From Chromera velia (lineage: Eukaryota), in NCBI GenBank assembly GCA_018398765.1, contig JAHBMJ010000280.1:1-51402 (forward strand): DNA of 51,402 bases, in the 5' to 3' direction. The first letter of the stretch is position 1. The number at the start of each line of letters is the position of its first letter. The translations under genes were made by a program, and so were the position numbers. The notes below the pieces were generated by a model. It did no database searches. It had not been told where the DNA came from and saw only the letters and a list, made by a program, of their open reading frames with translations. Of this stretch, positions 36,345 through 50,097 are shown in pieces.

Positions 36345-36428
36345 TGCATGCATGGGTTGCTGTTTGTCTCTTAAAGACTCTCTTTTTTTGGAGACTCTAG
36401 GCTAAACCGCTATTAAGTAAAGTAAGTA
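36345..36428 (+). mobile_element. Second 3'-end fragment of the (TAAG)n-tailed retroelement
   Basis: tgcatgcatgggttgc..tttgtctc..gagactctaggctaaaccgctattaagtaaagtaagta aligns with 701-776. Confidence 0.65.
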
Positions 36429-37306
36429 TTAAAGTACGTATAACTAAAAAAAAATTAAGAAAATAAAAAAATAAATATCTTTAATATATCCTCTAGGTGA
36501 ATGAATGTGAACGGAACTTGCATGTTATGCCCCACAGTTGGCTACGCAGGTGGCTACAGCATAACTTGTGTGCTCACCGGCTTTAACTGCCTCAATTCAA
36601 TTCAATTCAATTCAATATATATATATATATATATTATAAATATTCTAGTACTTTTTTTTTTTAATATAGAGTGCAGGCCCTATAGCTGCCAAGATGATTG
36701 TATGAGCAGAGCAAGAGTGGCTAAGCACAGACGATGACGAGATGAACGGAACGCTGTGACTTCCTGAAGCGAGGGGGGATGAAGACAACCACCATGCATT
36801 CCAATGGTGATTTTCAAGCTAGAGAGAGCTCCTTCAGATAGTTGTGTTCATCATTTCGTTCCCCCACAGTGAATGAGTCGATCAGGAAGACTGAGAACAT
36901 AAAACTCCTTCCTTATACTCTTGACATAGTATCAGGCTTTTCTATCAGACAGAATAAGAGGGCATAGAAAGCTAGATAGAATTCATAGAAAGCTGCAATA
37001 CGAAAACAATTGATGTAAATTGAGTAACCTGATTGCATATATGAGTCCTGATATTACATATATGAGTCGATTTAGCAGCGACGCATGCACCACATACTGC
37101 CGTCTCATTAACTTAATTTACTCGGAATGAAAGAAACCGCTCGATACTTATTGGGCACAAGCAAGCAGGACGTGTCTCTCCCATGAGAACCCCTAAGTTT
37201 ATAGTAGTTGCTTGCATTATGAGCGGCCATTGAAGGCTAGTACCCAGATCCTAGCCCAGATCTAGTCTCTTAGAGCCCGGTATAGACTTGCATCTGCTTA
37301 ATTGCA

Positions 37307-37342
<36 letters not shown>

Positions 37343-37390
37343 ATTGAATTGAATTGAATTGAGGCGGTTAATATATATATACATGCACAC

Positions 37391-38434
37391 ATGCTGTCTA
37401 AACCTGCCTGGGGCGTCTGGGGTACTCCAGGCACGCCGCAGGCGGCCCGCCAGGGCCGCCTGGGGCGACCCCAGGTGGTTTTGCCTAAGTTTATATAGAG
37501 CTGCCTGGGATGAAGCCCCAGGCAGTTGTTGAGAGTTGCCTGGGGCAAAGGTCGGTCACTATGCCGAAGGCACCAACCTTATCGTCATGAACCACGGTGC
37601 ACATGCCCGACCGGGTTTGCATGAGGGACGCGCCGACACAACCTTGCAATCTATACGTGCAAGCCGCGTATCAAAGGTCCGACCGGGTTATATAGACTGG
37701 CAGCAACTTTTTGTTCGGCGGTCGCGATCAGCGATAGATACCAGTGGATACACATTAAGTTGACGGTTGCTTTCAACTTTCGTCTCTTCTCACTCTTATC
37801 ACTGGAGATGCACATCATTGTACATCCATTGATTAACTCACTGATTGATTTCGCACTTGGTTTTCCCGCTTACCATCTGAGAGGGAAGAGGTAAAGAAAC
37901 GGAGAAAGGTGTTTTACATGGAGGACATAACAGAAGAACAGGCCATAGCTGAAGAAAACCGCCGCAGAACATTCAGACAGACAATCGATACCTGTGTCCC
38001 TCACTACTATGATGAGGCAGAAGATTTCAAGCTTGTCTGGGAGGTGCACAAAAAGTAACACATGCAACTTTGCATTGTTTATAAACTTATCGCAGAGTGG
38101 AAATTTACTCTGAAAAATTATTCAGAAAATTTGATTTAATTCTTTTCTATAAAATAATATCTAGAATTATATAAAAATTTTGATTTATTGATTTAATTTA
38201 AGCATTGTAAATGAATCTTTAAAGTTGCGTTCAGATACTAAATCCTAGAATAAAGGCATTTTTAAACTTTTTTCAATGTTTTTCACACTATAGAGAGAAT
38301 GCAGAAAGACCTCCTGACTGCCTGGGGTGCCGCAGGCGGTCCTTACGGACCGCCTGGGGAAGGTCATACATAAGACCCCGGGCCCCAGGCAGCCTGGTTA
38401 GCGTAGGCAGTCATTCTCAAGGTTTAGACAGCAT
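37391..38434. mobile_element. Non-autonomous TIR element (~1.04 kb) with subterminal GCCTGGGG repeats
   Basis: Perfect 15-bp inverted repeat atgctgtctaaacct / aggtttagacagcat; gcctgggg/ccccaggc motifs cluster inside both ends (37407-37545, 38320-38390). No clear TSD. Confidence 0.7.
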
Positions 38435-38477
38435 AATGTGAATGATAGTAATTGATTGATTTTCACGTAAACAGTTT

Positions 38478-38615
38478 GTGGCACAGGTCTTTTTGGCCTG
38501 TGCGGGCCGGCCAGGAAGGTCCGACGCGTGTATGCGCTTTTCCTGGACGCCGCACGGCGAGCGCTCGGCATTGGAGCAGGAGGCCAATCCTCTAGACATT
38601 AATCCAATCCAATCC
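38478..38615 (+). mobile_element. SINE/LINE-end-like GC-rich element with hairpins and (AATCC)3 tail
   Basis: Stems gcacagg..cctgtgc and ccaggaa..ttcctgg, ending aatccaatccaatcc, in AT-rich surroundings. Confidence 0.4.
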
Positions 38616-39381
38616 AAAATACTATATATTGTATCTACTATGATAGTAATATATATATATATATATATATATATATCCTAATCCTAATCTAGATCCTAAT
38701 TATTGGACCTAATAGTTATATATATATATATATATATGTACAACCTTCAAGTCCGATAAACACGTACGTTTGCCAAAACTGAAGGACGAAGCATCTAGCG
38801 ATGCATGCAATACCTGGGAGTAACTTCAATATTATATTATATCTTCAAAGTAAATTGTTTGTCGATTGAGGTAAAAAGCATACATCTAGGCATACATAGA
38901 GAAACGCATGTGAGCCGCCCATCGCCGGACGATGGCCGGCTCAGAAAACTGAGCCGGACACCCCGAAATGCTAGTGCAAACTGAATCATCCCATGCAATA
39001 TCATGAAATCATTCAATTTCTCGATCAGTACAGAAACTCGCGTACCAGCCAGTAATCCTTTGCAATCTTTCCGTTTGCAGTCGAAGACTGTCATTGTAAT
39101 ACACCGGGCTCCCGTCTTTAGAACCAACTGGAGACAAAGAGACGGCGGCACAGAAAAGGAGTCTGAGGGAAGACCGGTCGACAACCAATCGAGCAAGCGA
39201 AGCGCGACTGATTCCAGCCAATCTGTCCGTGCAGAAGTTGAGTTGAAAAGTGGATGCACTTCCCCGCATCTTCCTTTCGATCTGCATCTTTCTGCAGAAT
39301 TTATCTCTTTCGGAAACGGAGATCCGAAAGAATTTGGACCAAAGACCAAAAGAAAACAAAAGAACAGGGGCAGAAACGAAT

Positions 39382-39677
39382 TCAAAAGTCTCGCGTCTTC
39401 TCAAATTCTCCTCCACCTATGCCCCCCTGCTCAGAAGGTTCCTCCATCACCACATCGAGTGATCCTTCAATGCCCCCCCAGCCAGGCCGACCCGACTGCA
39501 TCATGGCAGGATCCCCTCCCACCCAATTCGAGTTGGAGAAACCACTGGCGGCAGGCCCGGTCGAGGAGGACGAAGAAGAAGACGGGCAGAGGTTGCTGAG
39601 GGCGGCTTTCGATATTTGGGCTTTCACAGACGCACGCGCTGCTCGAAGTCGTCTGCAAGCAATTGTCAACAGCCATG

Positions 39678-39712
<35 letters not shown>

Positions 39713-42700
39713 AGACCAAAGTGAATGAGTGAGGGAGAAATGAATGAGTGAACGACTCAATCTTTTTGCTCCGTGAGATTGCACGATTTTCGCGAGTGAT
39801 GGAGCGTGTTTCCTGGATCAGTAGACGAGCCGAGGGAACACCAGGCACAGAAGGAAAAGAGAGGAATGAAAAAAGGAAGGGAGAAGAGAGAGGAAGGAAG
39901 AAAAATGACTGACGAAGTGGGGGGGGCGTCCCCAGACGCCGACACAGACGCCGCAACTTCCCCGATCAACGACCCCGAGCCTCCGTGGCCCTCACTCAGG
40001 TGTCTCCCTGAGGTGCCCCCAAAGCCCCCGCGCTGTTGCTGCGGGTGTTGGTATTGAGGAGCAGCAGAGGACGAGAAGAGGTGCACGCCTGATGACGGCA
40101 CGCCCCCTCTGCCTCCCCGTGACCCTCCCGGGCCTTTCAGGTCGCCGTCCTTGCCTCTTTCCGCCCCTTCATCGCCGTTCCCCTCTCCCTCTGTGTGCAG
40201 GCCGCCAACACTTTTTTCCTTCTCCTTCGCTTTCTCGCGGAGGAGAGCCTGCCTCACTTTTCGCTCGCGTTCCTTCTGAGATGGTCAGGCGAGAAGACGG
40301 AGCAGAAACGACCGCACGCACAAGGAGAGACCGTCAGGGAAACAAGCGGGCAGGCAAAGAGGCAAGCATACAGGCGGTGAAAAAAGAAACGAAACGCACA
40401 TTATTGCAGTTACCCCACTCGATTATTTTTGCGGCCCTCGTGAAAAGCATTTGACCATCCATCCGTCCCCGTTTGGAAAAAAAAAAAAAACGAAAAGAAA
40501 AGCACAGTATGGAGACGACCACTGAGGAAAATCCCAGCCGTGGAATCAAACGGATGGCGTGGATACATGCGAATAGAGAGAGACGCGTGAACGCACAGTA
40601 TCCGATCAGCAGTCACTCTGTTTGTGTGTCAACCTCTCCCACATGAGCTCACCTCCCGGAGCAGAGTCAGAGATCCTGAGCAGGCCCCTCCACCGCCACT
40701 TGCCCCGTCACCTTCTCCTTCCCGTCTGCCTTTAGGCTCCCTCTCTGCGCGTCTGTGCGTTGGTGCCTGGTAGTCTGAAGGCCCCCCCGGATGGCCTGCC
40801 GAAGCTCCTGGACCAGGGGGTGCTCCTGCTCCAGCACTTCCTGTCCGATTCGCACGCAACACGGCGTCTGCAAGCCGAAGAATGCGCGCGTCCCTCTCCG
40901 CTATCGTTGTATCCCTTTCGGCAACCTGCAGGCCGAATTATTGTTGTAATAAGGTGAAAAACAATTCTAGTTGCAGAAAGACAGAGAGACAGAAAGGTTA
41001 TGAGGTGTTTGGAAGTCCTTAGGAAGCGTCAGATAGAGATGATATGCCCCAGAATCTATTTGTATGCCAAGGGAAAAGACGTCATTCAAAGATCAGAAGA
41101 CAGAACGCCCATCGACGAGCCGGGGAAGCCGGAGACAGACAAAAAGCTTTTTTCGGGTCTGTCTGCATTCACTTTGGATACCAAATAAAAAAAAAATAAC
41201 CCTCTGTTTCCTTTCGCCCTGCAGCAACGAAAGATGTCACCTGCAGTCTCAGGCTTCGCAGCATTCTCTCTTCCTCCATGCGCTTACTCCCCCACTCACT
41301 CACCTCCTGCCGGAGCCTTTCCTTCTCTTCGATTGCCGTCGACAGAGCGGACCTCAGCTGGGAAATCACGTCTCTCTGACTCTGCAGGAACACACACATT
41401 GACAAAAAGGAAGGCCCAGAAAGAAAAGAAGAGTCAAACCAGAACGCACATGTGTCGTAGAACAGAAACGAGAGGAGGGTATCCACAAGAAAGAGGGGCA
41501 GCTCAAGCAAAGCGCCGATTGACTAGAGTTGACTGTGTGCAGCTCACGAAGCAAGCACACTTAGTTCCCTCTGTTCGTCGATGTCAAACGTGCTTTTGAA
41601 GTCTCTCTTGACTCACATCGCAGAGTGCCTGCAGATCTCCGGAACGAAGAGGAGGAGCAGGCCTCGTAGCTCCTTCCCTCTCCCTGTTGTGAAGAGGAAG
41701 AGGAAGAGGGTGCACTTCCCCAGCAGATTCAACTGTCCCTTCGTTCTGCCTTCGTCTTTTCCGTGCGCTTCCCTCCAGAGCGGGATTCCAATTCCCCCCA
41801 CCGTCTCTTTCCTTCTCCTCTTCCCTTTCCCTCAGATCTGCCTCCTCAGACAACACGCCCTCCTCCCCCCGTCCTCCCGAACGGTGACGCAGCACAGTCG
41901 GGGGGGGGCCGTCAGACTCTTCGTCCTCCTCCTCCGGCCTCTCTCTTCCTCTTCCCGTTCCTCTCCATGTACCCCCCTGGCCCACAGTGTCGTCCTCCAG
42001 ACCTCGAGCGCCTCCCTCAACAACGGCAGAGGAATCCGGCGGTCCAAAACGCGGGGGCGAGGTTGAGGCACCCTGGTCGTTCGCATGCACAATGGGAGGG
42101 AGGGAAAACGTATGGAGATGTGTCTTATGATTGGAAGGCCGCTTTTCTATTTCAAGGAAACCGACGTGGGACACTTGCTTGGATTCACCGAAAGAACCAG
42201 AACCAGCCACCTAAGCATCATCAGCGTCCTTGTAAGAGGGCGCAGTGATGTAGTGGACACGTCAAGCCACTTACATGATGGGAGACGGAAAAAAGAGGAA
42301 CACCTAAGGAGCACAGGAAGATGACGGAGAATCAGTCATCCAGAAAGTCGGAATCAATCATGCGATTTAGAGACAGAAAGAAAGAAAAGGTGGCGAACCT
42401 CAAATCCCCGAGGATAAGGGCCTCTCTCTTTGTCCCTGCAGTCCCCTCCGCCCCCTCCCCCTCCCCCCTGCTGCTGTTGAGCGTTCATCACCGCCAGGGG
42501 CTGGGAGGGGACCTGTTGCATCGTGCACTGGCTGTGCGTCTGGGGCTGCAGGCGAATATTCTTCGCCCGATTGGCGTACCTGGAAGGGCGCATGCACGGG
42601 CAGCAAAATGTGCTTTTGTTGGACAGCATGGTCTTGCGAGACGTGGCGTAGGCGTACGTGGAGGCACAGAGGAACGTTCACTCCTTCCTGCCTCTCTCAA

Positions 42701-42788
42701 AGAAAGCGCCACTGGCAAAAAGAAGAGGAATGTGAATGAACGCAAACGAAAAATTCAACAAACGACCGACCGACACAGACAGAGAGAC

Positions 42789-42839
<51 letters not shown>

Positions 42840-42884
42840 AAGAAAGAAAGAAAGAAAAAAAAAAAAAGAAAAGAAAGAAAGCTG

Positions 42885-42954
<70 letters not shown>

Positions 42955-45900
42955 AAAAAAAAAAAAAAGAAAGCTGCAAACAAACAAACAAACAAACAAA
43001 CAAAGAAAGAAGAAAAGGCAACAACATCTAGAGACCCACAGGAGCACTGCCAAACAGCCAGACGGAAACCCAGGCGAACACAGGCGGGTGGAGATAACGG
43101 TAAACAAAGCAACGAACGCACTTGAGGGTGTTGTGAGACTCCTCATAAGCAAGCACCCCAGGATGCACGTTGGCAATCATCACCACCAGGCAGTCTCCTT
43201 CAAGAGAATTCTTCAGCAGGTGAGTCAGCTGCATAAATACCATGCCGCAACAGCATGCCCTCCCTTACATGCAGTGAGGACGGGTGCATGGGAATTGCGA
43301 AAAACCACAAATGAAGAGGGAGCAGATCGAGAGAATTGAAGTGTAATTTGGACCTCCAAGCAGTGAACAGAGACATGCAGCAGTGGTAGCTTCTTAAACA
43401 AGAGAAAATATTAGATGGACAACCAGACATGCGCGGAACAAAAAAAATGAAGTCTCTGCCCTCTCGCCGTTTTCAAAAGAAGAAAGAGGGGATGTCTGTC
43501 CCTGCATTCCGAGGTCAAACCAAACGGCTGCAAGCGCGTTATGAAAGTATCTCCAAAAAGGAGAAAAGAAAAGAGACAGAGCGTGCCGAGACCATGACTC
43601 GCATACAGGTGCTACGTGCTCCAGAAAATTTGACAGATCGGCTCAGCAAACATATGCACCATCAACTACCATAAACGTACACGGACACAGACGGTCATCA
43701 TAAAAAAAAGGCCCCTCGGTCTGGCGCTTCTGACCCGGTTTTTTTGTTTTCATCGAGTTCATATTGCCTAGAGGAACACAAACAATATGTATCAAACAAT
43801 CTCTCTCTCTCTCTCTCTCCCCGATCTCCTGACCTTGCTGTCCCGATACTTGACCTTCGCGAGGGCACCCCCTGCACCTTTGGAGGCACCCCCCCCTCCA
43901 GGAAGGCCACCGACCCCTGAGGCAGAGAGGCCCTGGTTGGAATGTTGGGTGTTCTCCTTCTCCTTCTGCACCCGGGCACGAAGAAGAATCAAAAAGGACA
44001 AACAAAAACTTGCAAGCTAGGTTGGAATTTTGGCACGAAGGCAGTTAGTGAGGAAGGTTTCTCTCTCGACTTTAAATTGCGCAACTGCAACAGTGCAAAA
44101 ATTTTCGGCTGAAAGCATCAATCAAACCTCCACACGAAGCAGAAGCGTTCTTTCTGTCTGTCTGCCCACCCCCCCCTCGACGTGTGTGCCTGCATGTGTA
44201 TTCATTCATTTCTGCAGTCCCCCGAATCGACCCTCCCTCGCACCTTGTGAAACTCTCTGTCGGCTCTGCTGCCGAGGGCGTTTATGCAGTTCGCAAGGGC
44301 AAGGAGAGACCTGCATGCGCGCATTAAAGTTCGGGAAAATGGAGCCATTATCAGAGGATAAAAAGACTCACACTCTCACCCGTGCCCCCTTTCCTTTTGC
44401 GGAACCACAAGAAAAACCAACAGCAGATCGAAGTATCAGCTACATACCACACCGAAACAAAGAAAAAAGCGGGGGGTCTGAAAGGACAATCCAGAGAGAG
44501 CTGTCACTGCTCTCAAACAAAACAGGGCCATGCAGAAAAAAGGAAATTAAGTCCATATCCCCATGCATGATCAAAAGGCCGAGACAACAAAAAGTAAGTA
44601 AGGGAAAAAACAAAAGAAGCACCGCCTCAGTCTCGTGTACCTCTTTCTTGTCCTACTGCATGCCCACCTGTTGATGTGCGCCCCCTCCCTCAGCTGCGCT
44701 CCCCTATTTTGAGTCACACAGGCCCGCTCCGAGCCTGCATTGACGCACGCCTCCTCGATGAACATGAAGAGAGAGACAGAACATGATTCTCCTTGTCTCT
44801 GGAGAAGAAAGAGGAGCTCCCTAAAACTTCTTGAATCCTTGTCACACCTTGAACGCTTTGGAAGAGAGCAAGGCAACCAAGCGGGCACGCTGGCACTCTC
44901 TTCCTGAAAGCTTCCAAAACTTCCCCCATTCCGCCCACTTATGAATGATCAGCCTTGACAAGATCATTCAAAGACACACACATACACACACACACACAGA
45001 GGGGGNGGGGGGGGGGGGGTCGACGAAGGGGGGGGGAAGGGAGGAAGGGAGAAAGGGAAGCGTGCATGCCTACTCCGGAAGGAGGGGAGAGAGACAGAGA
45101 GACGGACCCGCCAAGTCAATGAGGGACAGCTTGGCACGCTTCTTGACCGTCACCCCTGCAGCTCCCCCGCTTCCATTTCCATTGCCCCCCCCTTGGTTGT
45201 TCTGCGTCCGGTGTCTCTTCCCCCCCCTGCCTGTAGTCTGCTCTCCACCCGCCCCCACGACAGCGGAGGCAGAGGATGAAGAGGGGGTCGTCCGGGTGGT
45301 CGTTGTCACTTCACTCGAGACAACCAGTTGAAAGACCGCGTGCGATCTGCGCACACAGAGGAAGCAGGAAGCAGCCATAGAAACAGCACTGACTGGCATG
45401 ACTCAAGCCCGTTTCTTGACACACATCTACTCGAAGTCTGGAAGAGAGGGACACGTGAAGCTTTGAGTTCCAAGAAAAAACAAAACAGAAAAAAAAAAGA
45501 AGAGAAGGCTTCCCCACTGACCTCCCCGCAAACAAAGTACGACAGAAACACGAACGGATTCTTCTGTTGGCCAGCAGACGAGACAACTTGTTCGGAAATT
45601 GGGAGCGCAAACCACAGACAGACCGACACAGACAGACAGACAGACAGACAGACAGAAGAACCGACCTAGAAGAGACTTTGTTCGCAGCAGTAGATTCCAT
45701 TTTTCGGAGTCGAGATCCTCTCTGCATGCAGTGCACAAAGAAAGAAGACCAAATTCAGACAGAGAGAAGGGTAGGCGTTCAAGAAACGGACAAATGCGAT
45801 CGCATGGGGACAGCCATCCGAAATTCCACCTCTGCAGCAATCGAACATCCGAAAACTCGATCAAATGAACAAAAGATCCTCCCTCACATGAGACAATCAA

Positions 45901-48900
45901 CTCGAAAGCGTCTCTTCTCAGTTTCTTCCTTTCATGAACCGAGCTTGAACAAAGAGGCGTTTATTCCGTAGAGGCACACCAAGAAGTCCTTTGAAACCTT
46001 TGAGGATCACTCACTCACACCGACCTGCAGAGCCTGCAAAGCGGACTCGGCATCGAACACCTCGACCTCCGTGAGACCCGACACCTTCACCTGCATGAAT
46101 GAACAAATGCACAATGGGGGGAGTGCATGACGGATGGAAGGGGCATCCATCAGCAAGGAATTTTGTTTTGCTGTCTGTCGACCTGCCGCCGGTTCCTTCC
46201 GTCCTCTCTCCCTCCACCCCTTCGTTCCGTACTTTCCTTCAGTGCTTTCTCCTCGTCTTCGCATCCTTGCCTTGGTCCCTTCTTGCGTGCTTCACCTTGG
46301 ACCTTCCTTCTCAAGTATCGAGTGATCGATGCATTCGACCACTCAACAGAGAGAGCATGCACCCGGGTCGGGCGGACCCTAGGCCTCTTCCGAGCATGAC
46401 CTCATCAGAAGAAGCCAATGATGGCGGGAGAACGAACTTCGGTAGAAGACGGGGGCAAGTCAACTCAAAGTTGCATGCGTTTTTCCAAGTGCACCCTCGG
46501 CCGGGCGACAAACAGAAGACGTGCAGGAAGGAAAACTCATTGGAGGTTGAAGAGGAGAAGAGAAAGAGGCACAGCTCTCCCAGAATTGTCTGTCCGCTCT
46601 TTCACAGGGAGGGAGGGCAACAGAGGAGGGAAAAAGACAAAGATCCCATGGGTCCATCGACCCTCTTTTGTTCCTTCCATGCATCCTTATTTCTTTCTTT
46701 CTTTCTTTCTTTCGAGAGACACTCCAGGCACTCACCTCTGAGAGATCTTCCTGCACCTCACACACCTGCCCACTGGGGCTGAGCAGGTCTCTGCAGACTC
46801 ATACGAAGAGATACGGGGAGATAGCATAAAAGAAGAAGGAATCTAAAGGATGGAGTGGCCAAGTCAAGTGGGAGGAGAAAGAGCGAACACACAGAAAGAA
46901 AGCTTTACAAAATTAATTTGAAATATCTCGAAAGAGATGGGGAGGGCATCATTCAGAACGTAAGTGAACGAACAGGTACACGATCGAGGAGAGAGAGACC
47001 AGAGAGAAATAGACCGGGGGGGGGGGGAGGGCCATCCACCAACAAACAAACCAACCAGCTAACGGACCTGATGCTCTCATTGTAGACCTCCATGAAGCTC
47101 ACGGCAACGCGGACGTTCACCTGCTTAGTCGTCGAGGCCCCTCCCCCTGCCCCTGCCGCTCCCAAGTCTGGATCCAAATAATCCTCCTGCCTCCCTTCGG
47201 CTTCCTCTTCAAGACGCGCTTTTGCCTGAATGAACGAACGAACGAACGAATGAATGAATGCATGAATAAATGAATGAATAAATGAATGAATGAATGAATG
47301 AATGCGTGAATGAAAGAATGAATGAATGAATTCTGACAGGAAAGACGGGTCAATGTAGAGATTGAGAGTTGGGCGGACAGAGGCACACCGGGAATGAAGA
47401 TGACAAAGTCTGCATGCTCTCTTTAAATTTTCTGAGTTGAAACGAATTATGCGGAGGGGGACAGACACACTTGATCACGCAGACATCCAAACCAGACAGA
47501 CAGATTCTCTCGACGGAGGCATGCACCTCGGTATCTGCTGATTCATTCCTCTAGCTCCCTCTCGCTCTCCTTCCTGTTATTTTTCTCTCGAGTTCGCGGC
47601 ACCTGTATACGCGCATCTGCGTGTGTATGTGTGAGTGTGCGTGCATGTGTGTGCCCACAAAGGCTTCCGGACCGAAAAGGCCCAATGCGCATAATCGGAT
47701 CAATTTATTAACAGTATATTTGTCTCTCCGAGCAGATGCAGAGTATATTTGCTTCTCCCTCCAAGCAGATGTAGAATATTTCATTTCCTCATGTCCAACT
47801 TCTCTTCTCTCTGCTTTTCTGTTCTCGCTCTCAGAGTCTCCGGCTGTTTCCTTTCTTTCTTTGTTTCTCACTGACTAACTGACTGAGTGACAGACTGATC
47901 CACTCACTCACTCACTTTGAACACGTCTCGAATCGCACGTCCGATGATGCCCTCTTCCTCTCCGGTGGTGCCCGTGCCCCCCCCTCCACCCAACATCGTG
48001 AACGTCTTTCCTGCTCCCGTAGCTCCGTACGCGAACACTGTGCCTGCATGCATCGGAAAGCGAGAAAGCAGCCAGAAAGAACTGAAATGAAAACAGAGGA
48101 CTCCTCCTGTCCTTCACCAGCACCTGATCTTCCTTCATTGCGCTTTCGCAAACATGGAAAGACAGACAGACGGAAGGAGATGTCCGCAAAGATCTTCAAA
48201 GAAGAAAAGAGTCACCAACCAACCGACCAACCATTCACTCCGCCCATCACCTTGTCGATGATGGGTCTTGCAGCGGCGCTGTAGATTTCCTCCTGCTGGC
48301 TCTCGGGGCCGAATGCTGCGTCAAACGCATACCTGCAGGCATGGACGTGCGCGTGCTTTCTTGTGCCGAATGAGTTTTCAAACGCAGCCGAACGAGGACA
48401 GAACAAATGTGGAAGGGCAAGCCTGAATGGATGGATGCATTTGAGCTTCTCTCAGAAGAAAAGAGAGTGGTGACAGAAGGGAGGAAGGAAGCACAAGGGA
48501 TGGAAGGGGGTAAAGGAATACGGCCGCGAAAGACGCTGACGTGAATGGACTTGCTCTTGACCCTCGCTGCTCGAATTCCTGCAGCTCTTTCTCTCGACTG
48601 CAAATCGTCAATCTGACTCCCCCCATCACCGATTTTTCTTCTTTATGCAACTGGCTGACTCGTTTCTTGTGGCCTGTTGGGATTTGAGGTACTGGAGCTG
48701 TCTCTTCGCAGGCTTGGCAATGGAGACCACCTTTGAATTCGTCAGGTGAATCACGTGCTGCTGGTCCTCCCCCAAAGGCCGGATGCGAACTGCAGCCAGG
48801 GAGAGGAGGGGGGGGGGGGAGATCTGTGCTGCTGGTTCTCTCCGGCTGTCGGATGCAGTAGTCACTGGTGCCGGAAGAGACAGTAACATTGCTGCTGTAG

Positions 48901-49943
48901 GAAGTGAATGGAGATTGAAGCAGGTCAGAAGACTGGCCTCCCGGGATGGCAAGAGCAGGCGCGCCCAGAAGGCCTGCGCGAGAGGGATGTCTATTTCTAG
49001 AACCTTTCGTGTTCTTCTTTGCGGACGAGCTGCCACCACCACTCCAAACGGATACACATACACACAGACACACACACACACACACCGATATATACACGCA
49101 CGCACAAGGACGCGAGGAAAGACGGATGGAGAGAGGCGGCAAAGGAGCGCCAGCAGCATCCAAACGATGGTGGTGTCGAGAAGCAAAAGACATCTGAGTA
49201 CACGGGGGGGCAGATTATCAAAAAAGAATCATGTACAAACCGTATTGAGTGCACCCAATGGCTTCTTCTGACAAAAAGCGAAACCTCTTCTGAGTCAAGG
49301 AGACGGCGTGCGAGGTTAATTTAATACATGGAGATGAGGGGACGCACACAAAAATGGGCACCAGGATTCGATTGGCAAATCTGCACAACATCCAGGGGGG
49401 TGATCTGTCTGCAGAAATGGAGACGGAACGAATAGACAGTCCCCTCAAAAGAAAGAGTGCCATTGCAATTGCTGGGATGAAATTTCCTTTCTGCCCTTCC
49501 GGACTGCAATACGCCCACGACAGAAAAAATAACCACAACGGACCAGCCACTTTCACATTGGAGGTGTCATCCAGTTTGCACAGAGTTGTAGAGGCAGCAT
49601 CAGAGAGGCAGCCGTCGTCCATGCTCTCATCAGCGGTCACAGTCTCCTTCAGATTCAGTCTGTCAAGCTGGAAGAGGGAGCTGAGGGGTGCAGTGCTCGC
49701 ATTGTCGATCAGGAACCGATCGCTCTCCCTTCCTCCCAAGCCATCCAATGGATTGTCTCTCCACATTCTGACGGATGTTGAAAAGCCCCTATGAAATCCA
49801 CACCTCTGAAAGAGCGTAAGAAAGGAAGGAATTAAACTGATGCCAAAGAAAACAGCGAAGAATACCTGTACAAGCTTTCTTTGGCACAGACCTCAAACCC
49901 TGTAAGCCTTTCTGCTCGGTCCTCCGTGGTCATAGAGGGACAT
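39382..49943 (-). CDS. Kinesin-8 family motor (KIF18/KIF19-like), many exons
   Basis: Ordered exon peptides NVKVA|VRIRP, YAFDAAF, VFAYGATGAGKT (~48003-48037), VSFMEVYNE, TAANKVSSRS|HAVFQL, LSLIDLAG|SERA, LREGAHINR|SLLALANCINAL, YRDSK|LTHLLKNSLEGDC..MIANV, EESHNTLK|YANRAKNI. Start and tail exons are less certain. Confidence 0.9.
42775..43005. repeat. Compound intronic microsatellite (AG/ACAG/AAAG/AAAC)n
   Basis: Read directly; inside a kinesin intron. Confidence 0.9.
47227..47331. repeat. (GAAT)n/(GAAC)n intronic microsatellite abutting a splice acceptor
   Basis: Read directly. Confidence 0.9.
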
Positions 49944-50097
49944 AGTGGGATTGGGACGTGGTGGGTCGTCTGAGAGTCCAAGTAACATTGAGCAGTCGTC
50001 GATCAAACGCGCTTGAAACATCTTCAAACAGGGTGGCAGGGCCTCACCAATCGGACCATAATGATGGCTTACCTCATGCATGAGCGCTTTTTTTGGA

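Noticed and set aside
42321..43176. Lys/Arg-rich and Phe/Leu/Ser-rich ORFs
   Set aside because: Artefacts of intronic microsatellites within the kinesin gene.
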